From IMG/VR virus record IMGVR_UViG_3300043411_000910, positions 24,475-88,474 of that record: a DNA stretch of 64,000 nt. The stretch is one strand, 5' to 3'. Below are positions 1 through 9,700 of the stretch, in pieces. The DNA comes from a virus. Position numbers and translations under genes: made by a program. The first letter of the stretch is position 1. The number at the start of each line of letters is the position of its first letter. The notes under the pieces were generated by a model. That model had not been told where the DNA came from. It made no database searches and worked only from the letters and a program-made list of their open reading frames with translations.

Positions 1-1032
1 GAAGTTCTAGATTCAGCTAACACAAGTAAATATGTAGTTGTAAACAGAGACGTTGTTCCAAATGGTTATGCTTTAAGAGTAACACTAATAGATGAAAAGG
101 ATGCCGCATTCTTCGACGCTGGTTGGTTGTCAGCTCTAGAATCGCTAGAAACAGTTGAATGTGATATTTTATCTGTTCTACCAAAACAAACAAAATCATC
201 TATATTCCAAAATGCTTTAAATCATTGTAAGCTAATGAGTAATATAAGAAATAAGAAAGAAAGAGTATTATTCATGGGAGCTATCCAAGGATTAACCCCA
301 GATAATTTGACTGGTACTGAAGATGCCGCTGTAGAAGACATTGGAGTGCTGGAAGGTATCCAAGGTGATTCAGTCACAGAAGTGCTTGCAGCCAATGTTG
401 AAGATTTAGCTAACTATTCTGTAGCTGATGCCTTCGGATCAACCTATAGAAATGTTTATCTTTACCCTGACGAGGTTGTTGTTAATGTAAATGGCACTAA
501 TACTTTAGTTGATGGATTCTATATGGCTCCAGCGGCAGCAGGATATGTAAGTGCTGACCCAAAGATTGAAAATCCACTAACAAATAAAGTAATTCCTGGG
601 TTTACAATTCTAAGAAACAAAACATATAACCTAACAACACTAGAGGCTTTAGCACAAGCTGGTGTTACAACTCTTCAACCTGTAAGTGGTGGTGGTAGAG
701 TAATATGGGGCAAAACAACAACTCAATCTGGTTTCCCAGAAGAAGAAGAAATCAGCATAGTATTCATAAGAGATAGAGTTGCTAAGATAATGAGGGCGGC
801 TTTCCAAGGATTCATTGGTACTCCAGAAAGCTCAGATCAAAAAGCTGTATTGACAAGCAGAGCTGTTCAAATATTAAATGCACTTGTGTCTCAGAAATTA
901 ATAACTGCATACACAGATCCAGTTGTTGAGAGAGATGGTACAGACCCAAGACAATTTAATATCTCTTTTAATATCCAGCCAACGTATCCAACCAATTGGA
1001 TTTTTTTGAAAATAAATGTCGGTCAACTATAA
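1..1032 (+). CDS. Contractile tail sheath protein, C-terminal part (5' truncated by window edge)
   Basis: Frame is open from base 1 (EVLDSANTSKY...). The C-terminal sheath signature GVTTLQPVSGGGRVIWGKTT...ISIVFIRDRV...FNISFNIQPTYPTNWIFLKINV is present, upstream of tube, chaperone and tape measure genes. Confidence 0.88.
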   Translation, partial: EVLDSANTSKYVVVNRDVVPNGYALRVTLIDEKDAAFFDAGWLSALESLETVECDILSVLPKQTKSSIFQNALNHCKLMSNIRNKKERVLFMGAIQGLTPDNLTGTEDAAVEDIGVLEGIQGDSVTEVLAANVEDLANYSVADAFGSTYRNVYLYPDEVVVNVNGTNTLVDGFYMAPAAAGYVSADPKIENPLTNKVIPGFTILRNKTYNLTTLEALAQAGVTTLQPVSGGGRVIWGKTTTQSGFPEEEEISIVFIRDRVAKIMRAAFQGFIGTPESSDQKAVLTSRAVQILNALVSQKLITAYTDPVVERDGTDPRQFNISFNIQPTYPTNWIFLKINVGQL

Positions 1033-1040
1033 AAGTATTG

Positions 1041-1083
1041 AATAAAAAAGTGTGTTGTTATGAAGGCAACACACTTTTTTATT
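1041..1083 (+). promoter_or_regulatory. 17-bp perfect hairpin with the HNH ATG (1060) in its loop; terminator and/or translational repressor
   Basis: AATAAAAAAGTGTGTTG (1041-1057) is the exact reverse complement of CAACACACTTTTTTATT (1067-1083). Loop is TTATGAAGG. Confidence 0.7.
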
Positions 1084-1896
1084 TTCAATGAAGAATATTA
1101 TTTTTATAACTTCAAAAGCATACAGAATGAAGATATATGCAAAAATATAATAAGTTATAGTAATACAACAAGCAATAAAATTATCCACATATCTAAAGCT
1201 TTAGGGATAAGCAAAAATACTGTTAAAACTTTCTTTAAATTAAATAGCCAAGATAAAAACGCTTTAATGCAAAGTATAACTAAAAAATCGTGTGCTATAT
1301 GCAAGCAAATTAAAGATAAAAATAATTTTTCTAAAACTAAAAAAATTACTAAATGGGGTGAGCCAATTTATAATTGTTATTGTAATATATGTCAAATAGA
1401 ATATACAAAAACAAGTGGTTTAGAGTATAGGAAAAATAATAAAGAAAAAATAATTGAAAGGTGGAATAAGTATAAGAAAAACAATAAAGAGGCTGTTAAA
1501 ATTGTACATAAAAAATATGTATTACGTAAAACAAATATAGATCCTTATTTTAAGTTCAAAAGAAATTTTTCTTTAAGAATGACTAATATTTTTAAAATAA
1601 AAGATAAAGATATGATTTATAGTTTATTCGGGTATTCTTTAGATAACCTAAAGATTCATTTGGAATCTAAATTTGAATCATGGATGAATTGGTCTAATTG
1701 GGGTAAATATAATATTTCTAGTTGGGATGATAATGATAGCACAACATGGAAATGGAATATAGACCATATAATACCACAAAGCTCATTAAAATATAAAACA
1801 ATCAATGATGAAAATTTTAAAAAATGTTGGGCACTTGATAATTTAAGACCACTATCTGCAAAAGAAAATTTGATAAAATCAAATAAGATTATATAA
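1060..1896 (+). CDS. Free-standing HNH homing endonuclease with N-terminal zinc finger
   Basis: CAIC...CNIC zinc finger, basic linker, HLESKF..WMNWSNWG..WNIDHIIP..CWALDNLRPLSAKENLIK HNH core. The true start may lie further downstream. Confidence 0.85.
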   Translation: MKATHFFIFNEEYYFYNFKSIQNEDICKNIISYSNTTSNKIIHISKALGISKNTVKTFFKLNSQDKNALMQSITKKSCAICKQIKDKNNFSKTKKITKWGEPIYNCYCNICQIEYTKTSGLEYRKNNKEKIIERWNKYKKNNKEAVKIVHKKYVLRKTNIDPYFKFKRNFSLRMTNIFKIKDKDMIYSLFGYSLDNLKIHLESKFESWMNWSNWGKYNISSWDDNDSTTWKWNIDHIIPQSSLKYKTINDENFKKCWALDNLRPLSAKENLIKSNKII

Positions 1897-1911
1897 AATA
1901 AAGCAGCAATT

Positions 1912-1943
1912 AACGCGCGATCATACGCGCGTTTTTTATTTTG
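1912..1943 (+). terminator. Rho-independent terminator
   Basis: AACGCGCG-ATCATA-CGCGCGTT followed by TTTTATTTT. Confidence 0.8.
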
Positions 1944-2009
1944 TGTGTATTATAACTAGGCATTTAATTAATATTACTAATATATAAAAATTATCTTGAG
2001 GGATATTAA

Positions 2010-2696
2010 ATGGCTAATAGTAAATTCTCGTCTTCTGCTAATACAAATTCTACACTTGGATACACTTCAGGTCAGAATAAAACTAGCACATCTTTATCAA
2101 CAAATATATTAATATATGTTGATACTGGAAATGGTATTCTACCAATAGGTGCAATACAATCATTAAGCATAAAAGAAAGTAGAGATGTAAAAATGATAAA
2201 TGAAGTTGGAACTGATGGTAACATCGATTCTGTTCCAACTAGTGCTGTGCAAATATCTGGATCTTGCAAAAGAATTAGATATGATGCTTTAAGAGCAACT
2301 GAAGCTTTTGGTAGAGCATATCTACATTTAGCTTCTCAAATCTATCCTTTTGACATTTACATCATAGACAAAAATCGTAGAAATGGTGGAAAAGTTACAA
2401 CAGTAATTAAAAATGTTTGGTTTACAGATACATCAATAGATTATAGCTCAAATGATTGGATTATAACAGATGATGTAAGCTTTAAAGCTGAAAGGGTTTA
2501 TAGCTTCCTATCTGAATCTGGTGGTAAATCAGCTGCTACTGGTGGTGATCTTGGTATTACACCTGCTGGTCCTATGAATTCTGAAGGGGTTAGCGATGTT
2601 GAAAGAGTAGTTGATGCTGGAAAGGGTGGAAGACTTGGATCTTTGGATTCAGGTGGTTTACTTGATCTAGTAGATTTCTCAAGCAACGTATTTTAA
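2010..2696 (+). CDS. Tail tube protein
   Basis: Position after sheath, GAGG RBS, myovirus tube-like pattern IGAIQSLSIKESR..INEVG..ISGSCKRIRY..IKNVWF..VSFKAERV. Confidence 0.8.
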   Translation: MANSKFSSSANTNSTLGYTSGQNKTSTSLSTNILIYVDTGNGILPIGAIQSLSIKESRDVKMINEVGTDGNIDSVPTSAVQISGSCKRIRYDALRATEAFGRAYLHLASQIYPFDIYIIDKNRRNGGKVTTVIKNVWFTDTSIDYSSNDWIITDDVSFKAERVYSFLSESGGKSAATGGDLGITPAGPMNSEGVSDVERVVDAGKGGRLGSLDSGGLLDLVDFSSNVF

Positions 2697-2709
2697 TTAA
2701 AACAAAAAT

Positions 2710-2753
2710 TGATATATAACCTATGGGAGTAATAAAATATTTCCATAGGTTAT
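2710..2753 (+). promoter_or_regulatory. TGATATATAA promoter-like motif overlapping an 11-bp inverted repeat
   Basis: TGATATATAA at 2710-2719. ATAACCTATGG (2716-2726) pairs with CCATAGGTTAT (2743-2753). Confidence 0.5.
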
Positions 2754-2770
2754 TTTATTTAAGGAATAAG

Positions 2771-3319
2771 ATGGCAGGATTTGATTCACCAATAGGCAGA
2801 AGAGATATTAAGCAAACAAAAACATTTGAAGTCGAAGATCCAGATCTAGATGAAGACATTGAAAATCAAATAAGAGAACAAAGAAAATTAAAAGCAGCTG
2901 GCAAAGAAAGAATGACCAGTAATGCTAAGAGAAGAATAGAGCTTCTTTTAAATATGACTGTACTAACAGAAGAAGTTACTTTAGGTAAAGTAAAATTTAT
3001 ACTAAGAACTCTTAAAGCTGGGGAAGTCAAAGAAATATTAAGCGTAATTAATCCATTAAGAGGATCTTATGAATTTGAGTTAGAGATGAAAAGACAAATG
3101 CTAGCTAGATCATTAGTTAAGATTAATGATTCAGAAGTGGAATCTTTTCTTGATTCAGATACTTTAGATGCTAGACTTGAATTAGTTGACTCATTAGAAT
3201 CAAGTGTTTTCACTGGACTATTTCTTGGATATGAAAAGCTACAAAATAATTCAGAAAAATATTATGGAATTGCTAATGCTGAAAATGCAAAGGAAGTAGC
3301 TGAAGAAATAAAAAAATAA
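2771..3319 (+). CDS. Tail assembly chaperone (lambda gpG-like)
   Basis: Between tube and tape measure genes. Start refined to ATG 2771, which follows an AAGGA RBS. Ends ATA AAA AAA TAA. Confidence 0.75.
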   Translation: MAGFDSPIGRRDIKQTKTFEVEDPDLDEDIENQIREQRKLKAAGKERMTSNAKRRIELLLNMTVLTEEVTLGKVKFILRTLKAGEVKEILSVINPLRGSYEFELEMKRQMLARSLVKINDSEVESFLDSDTLDARLELVDSLESSVFTGLFLGYEKLQNNSEKYYGIANAENAKEVAEEIKK

Positions 3320-3654
3320 GATTTGAACCGGATCATAGATTTATTTATGAGTTATGTAAAATCTATAGGGTAACACCAGATGATGACTTCATAACAAATA
3401 TGAATCCGGTTCTTAAGTTATGGTATTATTACAACTGGATAGGTGATAAGGAACAGCAGCAAGAAATCGCTAGAGACCATGCATATTTAACAGGTTCATT
3501 TATAGACCCAGCAGCCGTTAAAGCTTTAACTGATCAAGAAAACAAACACGTATCTACGGATGAAGAGTTTGAAGAATCATTTAAAATGGTCCAACAATAT
3601 AACAATATTAAATTAGGCAATAAACCTAGAAGAACTAGACCTAAGCGAGAATAA
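3304..3654 (+). CDS. Tail assembly chaperone frameshift extension (gpGT-like C-terminal part)
   Basis: -1 frame reads ...KKIRFEPDHRFIYELCKIYRVTPDDDFITNMNPVLKLW.... No RBS before ATG 3400. The stop overlaps the tape measure start (TAATG). Confidence 0.75.
   Translation, partial: RNKKIRFEPDHRFIYELCKIYRVTPDDDFITNMNPVLKLWYYYNWIGDKEQQQEIARDHAYLTGSFIDPAAVKALTDQENKHVSTDEEFEESFKMVQQYNNIKLGNKPRRTRPKRE
3310..3316 (+). promoter_or_regulatory. -1 programmed ribosomal frameshift slippery site A AAA AAA
   Basis: X XXY YYZ heptamer immediately before the stop codon. The -1 frame is open 3304-3654. Confidence 0.8.
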
Positions 3655-5879
3655 TGACTGATCCAAAAGATAACGAACCACTTCCAACCGTTCCTAGCGT
3701 AGAAGATACAAAAGCGGCAGCAGATTATGGTAAGGTTGTTGGTGAAAATGTTGATAAACAAAAAGACTTCACACAAGCAACTGATAAAGCAAAAGAAGCT
3801 ACAAAAGAAGTAAAAGAAGCATATAAAGGCGCTAGAGATGGCTTACTAAGTTTTATTAAAAATATTCAAACAGGCACTTCATTAACTGATGCACAATCTA
3901 TTGCTATTGGTAAATTATCTGCGCAGATATTTGATTCAACAAAAATATTTCAAAATTTTGGTGCAGCAAAACTAAGCCCTTCATTTTTAGAGCAATATTC
4001 GGATGTGTCTGACATTATAATGAAAGACATATTTCCTATGCTAAATAAAGGGGCTGATGCTGTTAATTCAGTCACTCAAAAGCTTCTTGGAATAAAATTA
4101 CCAACAGATGTTATTTCTGGTGGCGCTGCCGTAATTGATAATTATTTAAGAAAGCAATTTGCTGCCGCTGATACGGCTACAAAATTCAGAGATGAAGTAT
4201 TAGCAAATGCTGTTGCAACTGGCGTATATGGTGATGTATTAGATTCTGTTGGAGATGATTTATCAAATCTAAATAATCTTTTAGAAAACCATAATGAACT
4301 AATGATAAATGCTCAAAAAGCAACTGGTATGACAGATGAGCAAATACAATTGTTCTATAAAGAATTAAATAAGATACCAGGGGCTTTTAATAATTCAATT
4401 GCCACTGGTGGAAAGTTTAATCAAAGCATGCTTTCTGCTGTCGCAACATTATCAACTGCTACAAGAAGATCTGCTGCTGAGATAGGTGCTTCGATGATGA
4501 AGGCTTATCAAAACTATGGTGTATCAGACAAGAGAGCATTACAATTTGTTGCTAGAATGAGCGAGGCATCTAACAATCTAAAACTTCCATTTAATGTTGT
4601 AGAATCATTTATGGAAGATATAGCTGGTCAAGTTGGAATGCTTGGTGAAAATATAGATGCTTCAGCTAGGATACTTGATACTTATGCTGGTAGTTTTACT
4701 AAACTAGGACTAAGCGCAGATCAAGCTAAAAAATTAATATCAGGAATGACTAGCTCAGTATTGCAAATGAACATAGCTCAGAAAGCATTTTTATCTGCTC
4801 AATCAGGTGGTCCTGGTGGATTAATGGGTGGGTTTAGAATAGATAAGATGATGAGAGATGGTAAACTTGATGAAGTTATGAAGATGGTTGAATCTCAAAT
4901 GAAAAAACAATTTGGAAGAATTGTTACATTAGACGAAGCGGAAAAAAGCCCTCAAGCAGCAGCACAATTGGCAAAACAAAAAACATTGGTTCAATCTGGA
5001 CCTCTTGGTAAATTTGCACAAAATGATTCTGAAGCATACAGGGTATTAGAAGCTTTAAAAAACAAAGACTCTAAATCTCTATTAGAGCTTGGTAACAAAA
5101 AAGAAATGTCTGAAACTCCAGTTCAAGACTTCCTAGCAAAAGGCAATTCATTACAAGAGCAATCAATAACTATATTTAGTCAAATGGCTTCTGATCTAAC
5201 AGCAATAAAGCAAAGAGGTGTATTATCTAATCTTAGTGATACTCAATTAAGGTATTCAGCTAATCCTGGTGGAAAAATAACACCGGGAACTCCTGATTTA
5301 AATGCTGGAATGAGGGGAAGATTAAAAGCAAATGCTTTAGGTGCAAGAGAGAAGGGTGAGGAGTTATCTGAAGTAATCAGAACCGGATTTGAGAATAAAA
5401 GATTTTTATCTAATCAAAACAATGAAGCAAGCCTTCAGTTAAGAAGCTTATCAAGTAATTTAGCTCAAGATTCTAAAGATATAGCTATGGCTCAAATAAA
5501 TGCTGGTAAAATGGTTTTCGGTTCTAAAAACCTAATGGAAGAAGAACAAGCAAAGCTTGATGAAAAATATAGTAGAGAGAAGCTTTCACCAAAACCAAAT
5601 GAAGAAACAAAAAAAGTATTAGATTTAAGAAAACAAAAAAATCCATTAGAAATGCCAGAGGATGTTATTAAAGCATTTTCAGTTAGAAAATCTGCCGAAA
5701 CAGTTGCTTCAAATTTGACCAAAAGAAATGAAGATAAGATGAAAGAAAAGCAAGAGCATGATGTACATGTTGATGTAAAGTTTGATGGTGTATGTATACA
5801 TTGTAGAGAAAAAATGCAAGCAGGAGCATCGTCTCAACAAATTGCGCGAAATGCTGGGGACGCTGCTAAGCAACAATAA
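3654..5879 (+). CDS. Tape measure protein
   Basis: 741 aa, Ala/Gly/Met/Gln-rich helical sequence directly after the frameshifted chaperone. Confidence 0.75.
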   Translation: MTDPKDNEPLPTVPSVEDTKAAADYGKVVGENVDKQKDFTQATDKAKEATKEVKEAYKGARDGLLSFIKNIQTGTSLTDAQSIAIGKLSAQIFDSTKIFQNFGAAKLSPSFLEQYSDVSDIIMKDIFPMLNKGADAVNSVTQKLLGIKLPTDVISGGAAVIDNYLRKQFAAADTATKFRDEVLANAVATGVYGDVLDSVGDDLSNLNNLLENHNELMINAQKATGMTDEQIQLFYKELNKIPGAFNNSIATGGKFNQSMLSAVATLSTATRRSAAEIGASMMKAYQNYGVSDKRALQFVARMSEASNNLKLPFNVVESFMEDIAGQVGMLGENIDASARILDTYAGSFTKLGLSADQAKKLISGMTSSVLQMNIAQKAFLSAQSGGPGGLMGGFRIDKMMRDGKLDEVMKMVESQMKKQFGRIVTLDEAEKSPQAAAQLAKQKTLVQSGPLGKFAQNDSEAYRVLEALKNKDSKSLLELGNKKEMSETPVQDFLAKGNSLQEQSITIFSQMASDLTAIKQRGVLSNLSDTQLRYSANPGGKITPGTPDLNAGMRGRLKANALGAREKGEELSEVIRTGFENKRFLSNQNNEASLQLRSLSSNLAQDSKDIAMAQINAGKMVFGSKNLMEEEQAKLDEKYSREKLSPKPNEETKKVLDLRKQKNPLEMPEDVIKAFSVRKSAETVASNLTKRNEDKMKEKQEHDVHVDVKFDGVCIHCREKMQAGASSQQIARNAGDAAKQQ

Positions 5880-5892
5880 ATAGGATATAAAA

Positions 5893-6771
5893 ATGAGTAT
5901 TAAATTTCTAGAAGATATAAAAAAAGAAGTTTTTAATGATCCAACTTCAGATGATATACAAGGTCAAATAAACAAAAATGGTTTTGCTTTACCTCCAGTC
6001 GCAATAGCTAATGGAAATGGTCTTCCAACTATGAAGAATTATGGTAGGTATACTAAGGCTAAATTAAAGCGTAACATTATTTCATGGCTTGTTCCAGAGA
6101 TAGGTCTAGTTAAGATGTATATAAATCCTGAGTCTATTTCTATCAATGATAAAAAGTTGATACAAAAAGAACAAACAAAGGGTGGATTCTCTTTGCAATA
6201 TTGGGGAGAAGATCTAAAAACAATAAGATTATCAGGAACTACTGGAAGCTCTGGGATAGAAGGTGTTAATTTACTACACGAGATTTATAGAGCAGAACAA
6301 CATGTATTTGATGGAACAGCATTAACAATAGCAAATAAAAATGCAGCTACTACAGATCTTATTTCAAAGGGCGTAGATTCTATATTTTCTGGTGTAGGTA
6401 GTTTATTCGGTGGAGGGTCAACAGTTTCATCTATATTAGGATTAGGTGCTGGATTAACTAAAGGCGCACTTGGTGTAGATTCTAGTTTAGCACCAAGTAT
6501 TATTCCTTCTCTAGCTCAATACGCTTTTACAGTTGAGATGTTTTATGATGGTTTAGTTCATAGAGGGTATTTTACTGATATGTCTGTTACCGAAGCTACG
6601 GATTTTCTTTTTAAGTATGATATATCTTTTACGGTTACACAAACGAGAGGATATAGAACTAATTATTTAGGATGGCATAAATCACCAAATAACGCACCAA
6701 GTAGAGATAATCCAGAATCACCTTATTCGGCTTATGGTGATGATTATTCTTTCGATAGGAAATTAGGATGA
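5893..6771 (+). CDS. Baseplate tube-initiator / hub-associated protein
   Basis: MYINPESISIND..QTKGGFSLQYWGEDLKTIRLSGTTG and FKYDISFTV pattern typical of tube-fold baseplate proteins that follow the tape measure. Confidence 0.6.
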   Translation: MSIKFLEDIKKEVFNDPTSDDIQGQINKNGFALPPVAIANGNGLPTMKNYGRYTKAKLKRNIISWLVPEIGLVKMYINPESISINDKKLIQKEQTKGGFSLQYWGEDLKTIRLSGTTGSSGIEGVNLLHEIYRAEQHVFDGTALTIANKNAATTDLISKGVDSIFSGVGSLFGGGSTVSSILGLGAGLTKGALGVDSSLAPSIIPSLAQYAFTVEMFYDGLVHRGYFTDMSVTEATDFLFKYDISFTVTQTRGYRTNYLGWHKSPNNAPSRDNPESPYSAYGDDYSFDRKLG

Positions 6772-9700
6772 GTTTTTTAGAAGGCTTGACAAATAAATTA
6801 TCATCAGCTCTTACAGTATCAGAGAATTCAAAAGACAATTTGAATTATTCTGATTTTGAAAATATATCTAATAAAGTAGATACATCTGCAACTAGAAATT
6901 ATGTAGAAGAAGGGTTTTCAAGAACTGATCCATATTTCACTGATATTAAATCTATAGAGATACTTATGCAAGAGCCAAGCGCTACAGTCTTGGTTAAAAA
7001 GAAAATGTTTTCATCTCTTGCTAATAACTTTAGACCAGATTATATGAGCAAGGATGAAAAGTTATTTTATAAAGCATGCAATGCATTGTTTTATAATAAA
7101 GCTCAACAAATATCTGCTTTAGAAAGATTATCGAAGATAGAGAAGATAATTGATAAAAATGAAACACTAACAGATAGCTTTATGCCATCTATAATTAGTC
7201 TAGTTGATTCATTAACTGCAAATGATTCTATAGTTGGTACTACTAGCTTATTTGGTGGTAATAATGGTCTTAAAGATTTGTTTAGTATAACTGACCGTAT
7301 AAGAAAATTATATGCATTTACCAAACCATCTCAATTTACTAAATGGATAGATTCGCCTACAGCAATGTTTTCTGGAGTTTATGGAGAAGGTACTGGTGTA
7401 TTTGAAATAACTAACTTTACTGATTTCAGTACAGCTGTAGGAAATTCATTAGGAAAAGGTAGAGCGGATTTTAATATAGTTGATCCATATAAAGCCTCTT
7501 TTATTACAGAATATGATATCGAGAAGGCAATAAGTGATGCTACCAATTTGTTCTATAATAAAAAGACATTTAATTTCTCTGAGTCACAAATAAACGAATC
7601 CATTGGTACATATAAAGCTAAACTAAATTCTTTAAGATCTAAAAGAAGAGTTTCTGAGATAGATGTTTCTATTAACCCTGACTCTTCAATAGGAGAAAAA
7701 GTTGTAGCTAGATTAACTAATGGTCAAAAAATAATTTTTACACAGAATTCATCCAAAGCATTAGGCTCATTATTTTCTTTTAGTTTATCTAATAAATCAT
7801 CTGAAGTAGAAGTCTCAGGTGCATATTTAATAGATGGAGAAATACTTGGCAATCAAGGTCTTAATACAAAAGCAGAAGATGTAAATGTTTTTGAGTCAGG
7901 AAGTTTCTTATACAATAAAACTTCTGAGCTTGAATTATTTCAAAACTTGATTTCTTCAATATACTTGAAACTTACACTAACTAATAATTCTCAAAATACT
8001 TTTCAAATAAATAACCAACTAACTAATTATGCAAGACGTAAGATGAATTTCTATTTTCTTGGTAGAAATATAATTCAGCCTATGGATGAAGTGAGAATAT
8101 TCATTTCATCTAAAACAAAATTAGATTCAAATGTTAGCAGTGGTTTGCGTGAAGCATTTGCTGGTCAAAATTTTATAGAGAAATTCTCTTCAACAGTTTA
8201 TGACATACAAAATCAATTCAATGCAATATTTAATGCATCCCAGAATCTAGATCTACAGGCTGAGAAATCAATATATGTTGGTCAAAGTTTTCCTAATCAA
8301 TTATGGAATATGATCCGTGGGTATTTTGTTAATGATAAAGAAGGACCATGTGTATTTGCTGGGGTTGTTGGATCTTCTAATTTATCAGGATCTCCAGGAT
8401 CTTATAAATTATCAGTTAATTGCTCTGACAATTCAAGTTATTTCAATAATGGGCAAGTAAATTTCAATCCAGGTGTTGATAATTTCAATGGTTATATATA
8501 TGACCCATTGACACCGTTTGAATCCAAATTTGATCAAGTTAGTACAAATTTAACGAATCAAATTCCACAATTATTAGAAGAAAATAGAATTATATTAAAT
8601 AATGCTGGCAAAGGTATATTAAAATATAAATCTGGTCCTGGAGCTGGGCAATTAGCGACTCAAGATAATTTTATTCAAGACGTATCAATAGATCCAAGAA
8701 CTGGTGCTAAGAAACAAGTTTATTATGGTCCTGATGGATTAGTGTATAATTGGAAACAAGGTATAGGTGTATTTACTCAATACGGAAATTCAATTTCACT
8801 TAATGATCCATCAACCGTTGGTAATCAAAATGTATATAATAATCCATTTGCCGGTCAAGATGTAATGAATGTTATATCTTTGGCTATTACTGGTAAACCA
8901 TATAATTTTATAAATTATTGGAAAGCTGTTCAAAATCTAGAAGGATACTCAAGAGATCCTTATAATAATACTGATGCAGCATATTCTTATTCTAACTCAT
9001 TGAAACAAGACCTAAGCAAAAATAATATGCTATGGGGTAATTTTATACCTTTCAAAACTTTAGTAATAGATGAATTATCTTATGCTAAAGTTTTAAATGC
9101 CGAAAGATCTATACTTAGAACTGTAGATCAATTAGAGGATAATATAAACAAACTAAAAGATATAGACAATGGTTTGTATCTGTTTGGTTTATCTGGCATT
9201 GGTTCTGGAACAGATACTTTTGCTAAAGCAACAATATTATCAGCACAAGCACAAGCTATAAACAATGATGTAGAAGTGTTGAAGAATAATCTTTTACAGG
9301 AGGATGTTTCTAATTATGGTTTAAAAATTGTTGGCTCAGATGTTACTTTTGATGCTGACCAATTTCTATCACAAGAAGATCCTAATAAATCATTAAATCA
9401 ATCTAATGTAAGAAGAAGCCTTAGAAGAAAAACAAACCAATTAACAAGAAGAATGCCTTGGGCTGTAAGAGCAAATGAAGACAAAAATCTATTAATCGTT
9501 GATGACTCTTATGATAAAGATTATGATATAGCTGCTTACGATAAAGCTTTACAATCAAATCTAAGCACTTTATATAGCAATGGATTTACTACAGTTGGTG
9601 AAAATATAACATCAGCAGCTAATTTATTAAATTTAGAAGTTTTTTGTGACACTCAAGGTCACATCAGGGTTCAACCACCACAATATAATAAAATCCCAAG

